Assembly: GCA_050261115.1 (NCBI GenBank)
Contig: JBLNCY010000020.1
Span: 1 to 36,843, forward strand
Origin: Methanocella sp.
GTDB taxonomy: Archaea > Thermoproteota > Bathyarchaeia > Bathyarchaeales > Bathycorpusculaceae
Direction of reading: 5' to 3'
DNA length: 36,843 nt
Positions 1-8,694 of this stretch are shown here, one piece after another; position 1 is the first letter of the stretch; every line of letters begins with the position of its first letter. Below the pieces are notes generated by a model. It was not told where the DNA came from and searched no databases. It saw only the letters and a program-made list of their open reading frames with translations. The translations under genes were made by a program, and so were the position numbers.

Positions 1-100
1 GGCTGCTCCGAGTGCAGCGATTTCCCCTATCATATATACCCTTTACAATCAGGTATGGTGACTATGAAGTTTATTTATTAGGAGGTTTTGCGTACTAAAC

Positions 101-146
101 AGTAACGTTCGCACTCTTAAAAGAGGAGAGACAGCACGAACGTACT
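101..146 (+). promoter_or_regulatory. Putative structured 5' leader of alba
   Basis: AGT(A)ACGTTCG (101-111) pairs with CGAACGTACT (137-146) and encloses an inner CTCTT-AA-AAGAG hairpin; TATA-like TTTATTTATTA at ~70-80. Confidence 0.35.
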
Positions 147-183
147 TCATCGCAAAACAATACAAAAAGGAGTTGAAATACAC

Positions 184-474
184 ATGTCTGAAAAAGCTAG
201 TGACGTAATCTTCGTTGGAAACAAACCACCCATGAGCTATGTACTGGCCATTATCACCGCTTTCTCCAGTGGCGGCCAGAAAGAAATAACCCTAAAAGCA
301 AGAGGCCAAGCAATCACCACCGCAGTTGACGTAGCAGAAATCACAAGAAGCCGCTTCATCAAAGAACTCAAAGTGACCAAAATCGCAATCGGCACCGCAG
401 AAATGCCACCAAGAGAAGGCGAAAACCGGTCCAGAATGGTTTCCACAATAGAGATTACTCTAAACAAACCATAG
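184..474 (+). CDS. albA: DNA/RNA-binding protein Alba
   Basis: 96 aa with Alba motifs IFVGNKPPMSYVLA, LKARGQAITTAVDVAE and VSTIEITL; SD-like AGGAGTTGA upstream. Confidence 0.95.
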   Translation: MSEKASDVIFVGNKPPMSYVLAIITAFSSGGQKEITLKARGQAITTAVDVAEITRSRFIKELKVTKIAIGTAEMPPREGENRSRMVSTIEITLNKP

Positions 475-524
475 ATGGACAAACAAATTTGTGATGAGAG
501 TAGTTAGCTCTCAACCCTCTTATC

Positions 525-1388
525 TTATTTTTTGTTATTAAGGAACTCTTTGACTTCTGCTACAACAGCCATAAACGCCTTAGCTGCCGCAGAGTCCTTA
601 TTGGAGTACACAAACGGCGTCCCCTTATCGGTGTCAATGGCAACCTTGGGATCAATCGGGATGCTGCCAAGAAATGGTACACCGACTTCCTTAGACATTT
701 TTTCGCCGCCGCCCGAACCAAAAATCTCTGTCTTTTTGCCGCAGTGGGGGCAGATAAAGCCGCTCATGTTCTCCACAACGCCGATAGTCTGCATGTTTAG
801 GTGCTCAGCAAAAGTCACTGCTTTCTTAACGATGCTGCTTGAGAGCTGGCTGGGCATGGTTACGATGACTACGCCATCCATTTCTGGCAGTAGCTGCGCT
901 ATACTGAGGGGCTCATCGCCTGTGCCCGGGGGCAAATCGATAAAGAGATAATCCAGTTCACCCCAAACCACCTCAGTCAAGAACTGCTTAATCGCACGCA
1001 TCTTTAGTGGGCCACGCCAAATCGCGGGGGAAGCTTCGTTTAAGAAGAAATCAATCGACATAATCTTCATGCCCAAAAGACCCTCAATGGGGAAAGCGCC
1101 GACTGGGCTGGCTTTAACTTCTTTGCCTTCTAAGCCTAAAAGTCGCGGCACGCTGGGGCCATGAATATCCGCATCTAAAATCCCTACCCGCTTGCCCTCC
1201 ATGGCAAATGCGGTTGCGAGGTTTACGGTAACGGTGCTTTTGCCGACGCCGCCTTTGCCGCTTATGATGGCGATTTTATGTTTGATTTTATCCATTCGCT
1301 CTTTGAGTTCGGTTTTCTCTCGGTATTGTTGTTCTTTGTAGGCTTTTAGTTGAGCCACGTTTTGTTCATAGCGTGCTTGTGCTGCCAA
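525..1388 (-). CDS. Mrp/NBP35 (ApbC) family Fe-S cluster carrier ATPase
   Basis: Deviant Walker A GKGGVGKS; DADIHGPS, WRGP, DLPPGTGD and ENMSGFICPHC motifs. Confidence 0.95.
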   Translation of the reverse strand: MAAQARYEQNVAQLKAYKEQQYREKTELKERMDKIKHKIAIISGKGGVGKSTVTVNLATAFAMEGKRVGILDADIHGPSVPRLLGLEGKEVKASPVGAFPIEGLLGMKIMSIDFFLNEASPAIWRGPLKMRAIKQFLTEVVWGELDYLFIDLPPGTGDEPLSIAQLLPEMDGVVIVTMPSQLSSSIVKKAVTFAEHLNMQTIGVVENMSGFICPHCGKKTEIFGSGGGEKMSKEVGVPFLGSIPIDPKVAIDTDKGTPFVYSNKDSAAAKAFMAVVAEVKEFLNNKK

Positions 1389-1472
1389 AAAATCGCATCC
1401 TAATGTTGTGTAAATGGTTGATTTGACTGTATCCTAAAATAGTTTATGGTGCTTATAAGTAGGTGTGTTTTG

Positions 1473-2471
1473 GTGACTAACTTGTCGGTTACACTTGACG
1501 ATATAAAAAGGGCACAGAAAACCATAGCGCCCTACGCTAAACAGACCCCCCTATGCAAAAGCCACTACCTAAGCGAGTTATTTAACGCAGACGTATACCT
1601 TAAACTTGAGAACCTGCAGCCCACCCATTCCTTTAAAATACGTGGGGTCATGAACAAACTCATCAACCTAACCGCCGAAGAAAAAGCCAGGGGCGTTGTA
1701 ACTGCATCTGCCGGTAACCATGGGCAAGCAGTCGCATTTGGCGCTAAAGAACTTGGTTTCTCTGCCCAGATTGTTGTGCCAACTAACACGCCTCAAGTGA
1801 AGGTGGAGGGTATTCGTCGGTTTGGCGCGGAACTGCTGCTTTATGGCGCTAACTATCCCGAGTCGGAGGCTAAGGCTAAACAGTTAGCACAGGAGACGGG
1901 GCGCCTCTACATTTCTCCCTACAATGACGCCTACATTGTAGCGGGTCACGGAACCGCTGGCTTAGAAATCCTTGAACAGCAGCCAGATGTAGATGTGGTT
2001 GTGGTGCCTGTGGGCGGAGGCGGTTTGATTTCGGGGATAAGTATCGCGGTGAAAAGTCTAAACCCACAAGTTCAGGTTATAGGCGTCCAGTCACAGGCGG
2101 TTCCTATAATGTATGAGTCTCTGCAGGCAGGTCGAATCGTGCCGCCGCATCGCCATGAAGCCAACACAGTTGCTGAGGGCCTTTCAGGTAGCATAGAAGC
2201 CGGTTCTATCACGTTTGAAATAGTCAAAAAGTACGTTGACGGGGTAGTGCTGGTTAGGGAGGAGACGCTCAAAAAAGCCGTTTACCTGCTATGTAAAGAG
2301 GAAGGCTTAGTGGTTGAGGGATCAGGTGTAGCAGGCATAGCCTTACTGATTGAAAACCCCCAAGAATACCAGGCTAAAAAAGTGGCGCTGGTTGTCTCCG
2401 GCGGCAACATCGACGAGGCTTTACTAAAGGCCCTTATTGCTGAGCAAGAAAACGCTCAGCCGAGTTTGTAG
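1473..2471 (+). CDS. PLP-dependent threonine/serine dehydratase without ACT domain
   Basis: [16 protein letters not shown] (PLP lysine), SAGNHG, PVGGGGL and SGGN motifs. Start moved from 1446 to the GTG at 1473 because AGGTG SD lies at 1461-1465; exact start is uncertain. Confidence 0.88.
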   Translation: MTNLSVTLDDIKRAQKTIAPYAKQTPLCKSHYLSELFNADVYLKLENLQPTHSFKIRGVMNKLINLTAEEKARGVVTASAGNHGQAVAFGAKELGFSAQIVVPTNTPQVKVEGIRRFGAELLLYGANYPESEAKAKQLAQETGRLYISPYNDAYIVAGHGTAGLEILEQQPDVDVVVVPVGGGGLISGISIAVKSLNPQVQVIGVQSQAVPIMYESLQAGRIVPPHRHEANTVAEGLSGSIEAGSITFEIVKKYVDGVVLVREETLKKAVYLLCKEEGLVVEGSGVAGIALLIENPQEYQAKKVALVVSGGNIDEALLKALIAEQENAQPSL

Positions 2472-2941
2472 CCGATTTTTCGCAGAAACGCCCTGCGCTC
2501 AGCTATGTCGACTTCTTTTTCGATGCCTTTGCTTTTGCAGCCATCGACAACACCAATGATGCCCCGACCCACATCCGTCTCAGCAATAAGTACCTCAAGC
2601 GAATTAGCTGTCGAGGCAAAGATACCACAAACCTCCGGCACCTGCTTCACCTTCTCAAGCACATTGATCGGATATGCATTCTTGAGCACGATTAGGAAGC
2701 TATGGCCGCAGCCGATTTCTAGCGCTTTTTCGGCGGCAAAGCGCCTGAGTTCCTCGTCGTTACCTTCATGGCGGACAAGGCAGGGACCTGAGGCTTCGCA
2801 GAATCCAAGCCCGAATTTAATGTTAGGCACCGAGTTGATGAGTGCTTCGTAGAGATCTTCGGCGGTTTTTATGAAATGCGCCTGTCCCAATATGATATTG
2901 CAGTCTTGGGGCGGCTGAATTTTTACTGATTTGAAGTCCAT
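2456..2941 (-). CDS. Adenosine-specific kinase family protein (DUF355)
   Basis: [31 protein letters not shown] and [10 protein letters not shown] motifs; GGAGG SD upstream. Confidence 0.85.
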   Translation of the reverse strand: MDFKSVKIQPPQDCNIILGQAHFIKTAEDLYEALINSVPNIKFGLGFCEASGPCLVRHEGNDEELRRFAAEKALEIGCGHSFLIVLKNAYPINVLEKVKQVPEVCGIFASTANSLEVLIAETDVGRGIIGVVDGCKSKGIEKEVDIAERRAFLRKIGYKLG

Positions 2942-3108
2942 GAGTGTGTCCTCCTACACAATGAATTGGCGGAATGGGGAAATATAACGTTTAATGGCGT
3001 GTAATAGTTGTGCAGTCAACCATTCAGCATATCCTGCAGCCACATGGCCTCCACCTCTGGATACCAACAAACAACTATATGACATCGGCAGCGTCCGAAG
3101 TTGTTTAG

Positions 3109-3146
3109 TCTATATATGAGGAAGGGGGTAGGTCCGCAAAGCACAG
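3109..3146 (+). repeat. Dispersed intergenic motif, copy 1
   Basis: TCTATATATGAGGAAGGGGGTAGGTCCGCAAAGCACAG; 32 of 39 aligned columns match the reverse complement of 23333-23370. Confidence 0.6.
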
Positions 3147-3276
3147 TCATAGGTTATCTTACGGGTCTCTGCAATAACAACAACCAAACAGCATTCACAC
3201 GAACACAGACAAAATTCGGCATAAAGCAAAGGGGGGCCTAAACCCACATCTTCAGTCCAAAAAAAGGAAAAAAGAG

Positions 3277-4431
3277 CTAGAAAAAGCTCTGAATCGGCGA
3301 ATCTTCCTTCACACAACTCTGTGGACGGATCTCTTCAATCCGTGTTTTAGTCATGGCTTTGATGTTGTTGAAATTCGACATTTCACCATAGCTGACTAAA
3401 GTTATTGCTGTGCCGCCTTCACCCGCGCGGGCGGTTCTGCCGACCCGATGGAAATAGACTGGGGCATCTTCAGGAACGTCATAGTTTATGATGTGAGTGA
3501 TGCCCTCTATGTCGAGGCCTCTAGCTGCAACGTCTGTGGCGACCAGCAAGTTGCGTCTACCCTGACGGAACTCGTTTAGGGCGCGGTCACGTTGCGCCTG
3601 TGTAAAGCCGGCGTGCAAGACTTGACTGCGGATGCCACGCTTGTAGAGTTGGTCAGATAAGCGGCTGGTTTCATGGCGTGTCCTGCAGAAAACGATGGCT
3701 TTCTCTATCTCCTCATTTTGGAGCAGGTCACAGAGCGCATTAAGCTTGCCGCCCTGGTTAACAACAAGGTAGTACTGTTTCATTTGTGTGACGCCGATTT
3801 CGTCTTTGCTGACAAATATCTTTACGGGGTTACGCATGTACTTGTTAGACAGACGCAATACGTTTTCGTCCATGGTTGCGCTAAATAAGCCCGTCTGGCG
3901 ATCTCGGGGGGTTCTTGACAGGATGAATTCCATGTCTTCAACAAACCCCATATCCAGCATACGGTCAGCCTCGTCTAACACGACGAATTTAATGCCGCCT
4001 AAATTCAGCACTCTGCGCTCCATAAGGTCAATGATTCTGCCGGGGGTGCCAACTACTATTTGGACTCCGCTGGCTAATGCATGGACCTGTTTATTGATGG
4101 ATTCGCCACCATAAACCGGTAGAACCTTAACTTTGGAGTATTTGCCGAATTTAGCGATGTTATCTGCAACTTGATTAGCTAATTCGCGAGTAGGAACCAG
4201 AACTAGACCCTGAACACCGCGGACGTCACGATTCAATGTTTGAACCATCGGGACGCCAAAAGCGGCAGTCTTGCCGGTCCCTGTCTGCGCTTGGCCGATT
4301 ACGTCTCTGCCTTGCAGTAGGGGAACTATTGCCTGAGCTTGAATCGGAAAAAGATTATCAAACCCAAGCTCGTTTAAACTTCGGAGAACTTCCTCTGAAA
4401 GAGGTAAGTCCTTAAATGATTGAGCTTGCAT
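3277..4431 (-). CDS. DEAD-box ATP-dependent RNA helicase
   Basis: Q motif, AQTGTGKT, PTRELA, TPGR, DEAD, SAT, ARGLD and HRVGRTAR; core only, with no long C-terminal extension. Confidence 0.96.
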   Translation of the reverse strand: MQAQSFKDLPLSEEVLRSLNELGFDNLFPIQAQAIVPLLQGRDVIGQAQTGTGKTAAFGVPMVQTLNRDVRGVQGLVLVPTRELANQVADNIAKFGKYSKVKVLPVYGGESINKQVHALASGVQIVVGTPGRIIDLMERRVLNLGGIKFVVLDEADRMLDMGFVEDMEFILSRTPRDRQTGLFSATMDENVLRLSNKYMRNPVKIFVSKDEIGVTQMKQYYLVVNQGGKLNALCDLLQNEEIEKAIVFCRTRHETSRLSDQLYKRGIRSQVLHAGFTQAQRDRALNEFRQGRRNLLVATDVAARGLDIEGITHIINYDVPEDAPVYFHRVGRTARAGEGGTAITLVSYGEMSNFNNIKAMTKTRIEEIRPQSCVKEDSPIQSFF

Positions 4432-4622
4432 TTTCTAGTATTCTTCTGCCACAACTGTTTCTTCATATAGTCTGAAGCTTTCAAGCTTTATGATACATGA
4501 GTTAATGTGACATCCCAAATTAAGTCGGCGCGTATAAAAACATTTACCGCCAATCCAAGCAAAGCATACATCAAAAAACCCTAAAAACAGCAAAAAATAG
4601 CAAATGCTTACGGAAGCAGGTT

Positions 4623-4689
4623 TGGGTCAGCGAATATTGACGAGCTCTCACAGCCAGATGGCTCGAAGCCGTCGCCTCACATCATCCCA
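4623..4689 (-). ncRNA. C/D-box guide sRNA (predicted)
   Basis: Minus strand reads UGGG-AUGAUGU (box C)-GAGGCGACGGCU-UCGA (D')-GCCAUCUGG-CUGUGA (C'-like)-GAGCUCGUCAAUAUUCG-CUGA (D)-CCCA. It has a 4-bp terminal stem and is 67 nt long. The D' guide is complementary to the conserved 16S sequence GGCCGUCGCC. Confidence 0.72.
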
Positions 4690-4741
4690 CCAATGATTCA
4701 GAAGCACAGAAATTTATCTATTGTGATAGCAAAAATAAGGG

Positions 4742-5305
4742 CTAACCGACCAATTCATTGACGAACTCAGAAGCCCTATCATCCAAATTCTCTGTTTCCC
4801 CAATCTTCACAACAACCGCATCAGAAAACGTGCCACCACCCTGTAGCACAGGAACCGCATCACGAACCATAGTGACGTCGTCAGGTGTACTGGCGCCTTG
4901 GCCGCTTCCAAAAACCCCCAACGAAAACCCAGAACCCTCAAGACCGTTTAAGAAGTCCTTAACCGAACTAGTTGGGCCACCCGCATAGATGGGGCTACCC
5001 ACTACAATAACAGAGTAGCCGGCGGTATTTGTCGCAGCAGAGCTTTTAATACCAGCTAATGTCACGGTGTATCCGTTCGCCTGTAGATCAACGGCGATTT
5101 TTTCGGCTACACGAGTGGTAGTTCCGCTCAATCCAGGATTATACACAACTAAAGCATTACCCATTGACGCTCCCTCCGATGCAAGTGTTGTTGAACTAGT
5201 CGCCGTATACGCAACAACATCTAATACAAAAATGGCTGAAAAAGCTACAACTATAATTATGATAACTGCAAATATTGACAACAATACCTTGAACAATCGC
5301 CGCAT
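4742..5305 (-). CDS. Membrane-anchored flavodoxin-domain protein
   Basis: N-terminal hydrophobic helix followed by ALVVYNPGLSGTTTRVAEKIA and VVGSPIYAG flavodoxin-like motifs. Confidence 0.75.
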   Translation of the reverse strand: MRRLFKVLLSIFAVIIIIVVAFSAIFVLDVVAYTATSSTTLASEGASMGNALVVYNPGLSGTTTRVAEKIAVDLQANGYTVTLAGIKSSAATNTAGYSVIVVGSPIYAGGPTSSVKDFLNGLEGSGFSLGVFGSGQGASTPDDVTMVRDAVPVLQGGGTFSDAVVVKIGETENLDDRASEFVNELVG

Positions 5306-5515
5306 ATTTCACACTTATCCTATAATTTCTTATCAGCAACATTTCTTATAAGAGCCTTGCGCTAATACAAAAAAATCGTACAAAAAACAATATCAGAAAA
5401 CCCGGACTTTCCAAAAAGCACATTCAACATTAACGACAAGTGACGAATCTAAACCCTTAAACCACGCCAAGAGAAGGATAGCATAAAGTGACTCTAGGTG
5501 GAGGTGAAAAAGAAG

Positions 5516-5593
5516 ATGCTGACATACAGAATTGAAGAAGATGAAGATTGGGAAGAAGGCGAAGACGAAGAATGGGAAGAAGAAGAATGGTAA
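5516..5593 (+). CDS. 25-aa acidic, Trp-containing micropeptide MLTYRIEEDEDWEEGEDEEWEEEEW
   Basis: Perfect SD GGAGGTGA at 5500-5507, ATG at 5516, TAA at 5591-5593; TATA-like CCTTAAA at ~5455-5461; T-rich tract at 5621-5630. Confidence 0.7.
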   Translation: MLTYRIEEDEDWEEGEDEEWEEEEW

Positions 5594-5796
5594 AGAACTA
5601 ATGAAGAATCCATCTTATTATCTTTCTTTTAGGTTTCTGCTTCCGCTAAATCCATAATTTGTTTTTAATATTTTGAATAAACCTTTGATTCGTTTAAGCA
5701 TATTTGGAAGTCTAACTTTATCGGTAATTTGTCTGCTCCACTCGCGAGCAATACCTTTTTAGGTTTTCAAGCAACCTATATTATATGGTGTAAATA

Positions 5797-6006
5797 ATGA
5801 CCGAGTCAAAAATAGAGAAAAGTGCTCAAGAAGCTGCACACAGCATGGCTGAAACCGTTCTAGCAGTTATGGATAAACTCGCTGGAAAAGAATCAGACCT
5901 AAAATTGAGCTTCGAAGATCTAACCCTAGACATGGGCAGATTCAAAGCCAAACTAAATGGCTCAATCGTTTTAGACATAGTCTACGCCAAAGAAGCAAAA
6001 CCCTAA
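5797..6006 (+). CDS. Hypothetical protein (69 aa)
   Basis: GGTG SD upstream, protein-like composition, followed after a 19-nt gap by the next ORF. Confidence 0.75.
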   Translation: MTESKIEKSAQEAAHSMAETVLAVMDKLAGKESDLKLSFEDLTLDMGRFKAKLNGSIVLDIVYAKEAKP

Positions 6007-6025
6007 CTTTTAGGGTTGGCTAAAG

Positions 6026-6445
6026 ATGCCGCTCATAGCAATTTTAGGTGAAATGCTACAGTCCGGCAAAGTAACAGTATCCGCAAATTCTATTGACGCC
6101 CTCGAAATCAAAGCGGAAAACAAAAAAATCGACATTAAAGCCCTAAACAAAGAGTTCATCAAAAACACGCTTGCAGCCACCTCACAACCCCAAGAAAACA
6201 AAGGCATACGCGAAAGTATCAAGGGAACTGTAAATCAACTAAAAACGGCCCGCAGCAATCTAAGCATGCTAAAAGGAGTCGCTGAAGAACTATCTGAGGC
6301 AGGCATCACTGTTACCCTAACCTACAAAGAAAAAGTGGTAGTTACAATGGGTTCAGAGGCGAACCCTAAACTATCAAGCATAGCCACGGGAACTAAAGCA
6401 ATAGAAATCAACAACCCGCGAAAACTCATAGAGTTAGGCATTTAA
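6026..6445 (+). CDS. Hypothetical protein (139 aa)
   Basis: Co-oriented with the upstream ORF and followed by a pyrimidine/T tract; no recognised family. Confidence 0.75.
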   Translation: MPLIAILGEMLQSGKVTVSANSIDALEIKAENKKIDIKALNKEFIKNTLAATSQPQENKGIRESIKGTVNQLKTARSNLSMLKGVAEELSEAGITVTLTYKEKVVVTMGSEANPKLSSIATGTKAIEINNPRKLIELGI

Positions 6446-6554
6446 CTCCCCTTTCATTTTTACTACTTCTCGATGTAGTTAAAAGGCTAATCCAGTTGCC
6501 TGCAGGTTTTAGATTTATAACTAACTAGTTGAATTCAAGTAGTGGACGTTACCT

Positions 6555-8384
6555 ATGACGCGACTCGCCGTACTAGATATCGACAGATGCAAAGTCAAAA
6601 AGTGCAACCAACTCTGCGTAAGCTACTGCCCAATGGTGCGCAGCAGAGTAGAAGCCATCAGAGTTGAAGGCAACAGCGCAATCATATCCGAAACCCTCTG
6701 TAGCGGATGCGGCATATGCGTAAAAAAATGTCCCTTCAAAGCCATATCCATCGTGAATCTACCTGACGAGTTAGAGAAAGACTGCAGCCACCGTTTTAGC
6801 GAAAACAGCTTTAAACTCTTTAGGCTACCCATGCCTTCGCCGGGCACTGTATTGGGCCTTTTAGGTCAAAACGGTATCGGCAAAAGCACTTCACTTAAAG
6901 TTTTCAGTGGAGAAATCAAGCCTAACCTTGGCCGATTCGACGAACCACCTCAATGGCCCGAAATTATCGCATACTACCGTGGCTCTAGTCTACAAGATTA
7001 CTTTACAAAGCTAAGTGAAAAGAAGCTTAAAGTTAGCAGCAAACCGCAGTACGTCGACAAAATCCCGAAAGCCGTCACAGGTAAAGTCGGTGATCTGCTT
7101 GAGAAAGTAGACGAGCGCAAACAGCTCAAGGCCATTGCAGACGAGCTGGAGTTGCATAAAATTTGGGACCGCGACCTAGATGTGCTTAGCGGCGGAGAAC
7201 TTCAGCGTGTTGCAGTTGCAGCTGCACTTAGCCGAGAAGCTGACGTCTACCTATTCGACGAGCCCTCCAGTTACCTTGATGTTAAGCAGCGCCTCGTTGT
7301 CGCTCGAGCAATCCGAAGCCTCAAAGAGCAGCAAAAAACTATAATCGTAGCCGAACACGACTTAGCCATCATCGACTATCTCTCAGACCAAATCTGCGTT
7401 TTCTATGGTGAACCAGGCGTATACGGTGTAGTTTCTCATGTACATGGCGTCCGAACAGGTATCAACATCTATCTACAAGGTTACATTCCAGACGAGAACA
7501 TCATGTTCCGTAAAGAAAGCATCGTTTTCCATGATAAACTTCCAACCGCAGGAGAAAACATCGGCGCACCCCTCCTAAGATGGGGCAAGATGGAAAAAAC
7601 CTTCAAGGGCTTTAAACTCACCATAGAGCCGGGCGAAATTAAAGTTGGCGAAATCATCGGTATACTTGGCCCCAACGGCATCGGCAAAACCACTTTTGTC
7701 AAGATCTTGGCCGGGGTTGAAGAAACCGACGACAAAACTCAACTGGGCAAGTTAACTGTTAGTTATAAGCCTCAATATATTGCGCCTGACTATGAGGGAA
7801 CAGTTCAAGAGCTTCTTATGAACGTGGCTAAAGAAAACTACCTGTCAAGCTGGTACAAAACAGAAATCGCAACTCCCCTGCGGCTCCAACAGTTATCTGA
7901 CCGCAATGTCATGGAACTTAGCGGAGGGGAACTGCAACGCGTCGCCATCGCGGCATGTTTAAGCCGTAAATGCGACCTGTTCCTGCTAGACGAACCCAGC
8001 GCATATTTAGACGTTGAAGAACGCCTAAACGTAGCAAAAGTACTGCGCCGTGTTGTTGAAGCACATGGAATCCCAGCATTTGTTGTAGAACACGATGTGG
8101 TCACACAGGACTTTATCGCAGACCGCTTGATGGACTTCAATGGTGAACCTGGGGTTTCGGGCACTGCACATCCGCCAACCACTCTTCGGGGCGGCATGAA
8201 TAGCTTCCTTAAGGAAATGAATATCACCTTCCGACGGGACTCCGTAACCCTTCGACCCCGCGTGAACAAAGAGGATTCACAAATGGATAAGTTCCAAAAA
8301 AGCATCGGCGAATACTACTATACTCAAGTAAGCAAAGACAAAGAGGACAAAGAAGAGGAAGCCAAGCTCAAGAAAAAGAAGTAA
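6555..8384 (+). CDS. Ribosome recycling ATPase ABCE1/RLI
   Basis: N-terminal Fe-S domain (CSGCGICVKKCP) and two ABC cassettes (GQNGIGKS and GPNGIGKT, LSGGELQR twice, DEPS twice). Confidence 0.97.
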   Translation: MTRLAVLDIDRCKVKKCNQLCVSYCPMVRSRVEAIRVEGNSAIISETLCSGCGICVKKCPFKAISIVNLPDELEKDCSHRFSENSFKLFRLPMPSPGTVLGLLGQNGIGKSTSLKVFSGEIKPNLGRFDEPPQWPEIIAYYRGSSLQDYFTKLSEKKLKVSSKPQYVDKIPKAVTGKVGDLLEKVDERKQLKAIADELELHKIWDRDLDVLSGGELQRVAVAAALSREADVYLFDEPSSYLDVKQRLVVARAIRSLKEQQKTIIVAEHDLAIIDYLSDQICVFYGEPGVYGVVSHVHGVRTGINIYLQGYIPDENIMFRKESIVFHDKLPTAGENIGAPLLRWGKMEKTFKGFKLTIEPGEIKVGEIIGILGPNGIGKTTFVKILAGVEETDDKTQLGKLTVSYKPQYIAPDYEGTVQELLMNVAKENYLSSWYKTEIATPLRLQQLSDRNVMELSGGELQRVAIAACLSRKCDLFLLDEPSAYLDVEERLNVAKVLRRVVEAHGIPAFVVEHDVVTQDFIADRLMDFNGEPGVSGTAHPPTTLRGGMNSFLKEMNITFRRDSVTLRPRVNKEDSQMDKFQKSIGEYYYTQVSKDKEDKEEEAKLKKKK

Positions 8385-8437
8385 CCTACTTTTTTCTAAA
8401 AAAGGTGAAGAGGCAGAAGTATCGACGGCTTGAAAGG

Positions 8438-8593
8438 TTATACTGGTCTTCTGCCAGTAATCAGCCATACAACAAGAATTATTATGGCTATTATTAGCAG
8501 AATATGGATCAGAAGGCCAAGAGCAGGCAGCAGGAGCCAGCCGAACAACCATATCAAGATAACAATTAGAGCTATCCAGAGAAGAATTGACAA
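8438..8593 (-). CDS. Small membrane protein, lmo0937/DUF5670-like (51 aa)
   Basis: Not in the ORF track. Translates as MSILLWIALIVILIWLFGWLLLPALGLLIHILLIIAIIILVVWLITGRRPV from a TTG start with AGGTAA upstream; the LIHILL...GRR pattern is typical of the family. Confidence 0.8.
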   Translation of the reverse strand: MSILLWIALIVILIWLFGWLLLPALGLLIHILLIIAIIILVVWLITGRRPV

Positions 8594-8694
8594 AAATCAT
8601 TACCTAACAAAAGAAATGATTATTTGTTATTTTAAGTTGTGTGACTGTAAAGCGTAAGCAACGTTATCAATGAGCAAGCATAGGTTCGGCGGAG

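Noticed and set aside
491-515. GTGATGA box C-like sequence after alba
   Set aside because: No box D at a suitable distance; the GAGAG/CTCTC hairpin fits a 3'-end structure between convergent genes.
3109-3130. G-string motif as an origin recognition box
   Set aside because: It lacks the TCCA-N-TGGAA-type inverted core, copies are not clustered, and no orc1/cdc6 gene is nearby.
8277-8657. ORFs 8277-8600 (-) and 8430-8657 (+)
   Set aside because: Better explained by the 51-aa membrane protein at 8438-8593 (-) in another frame.
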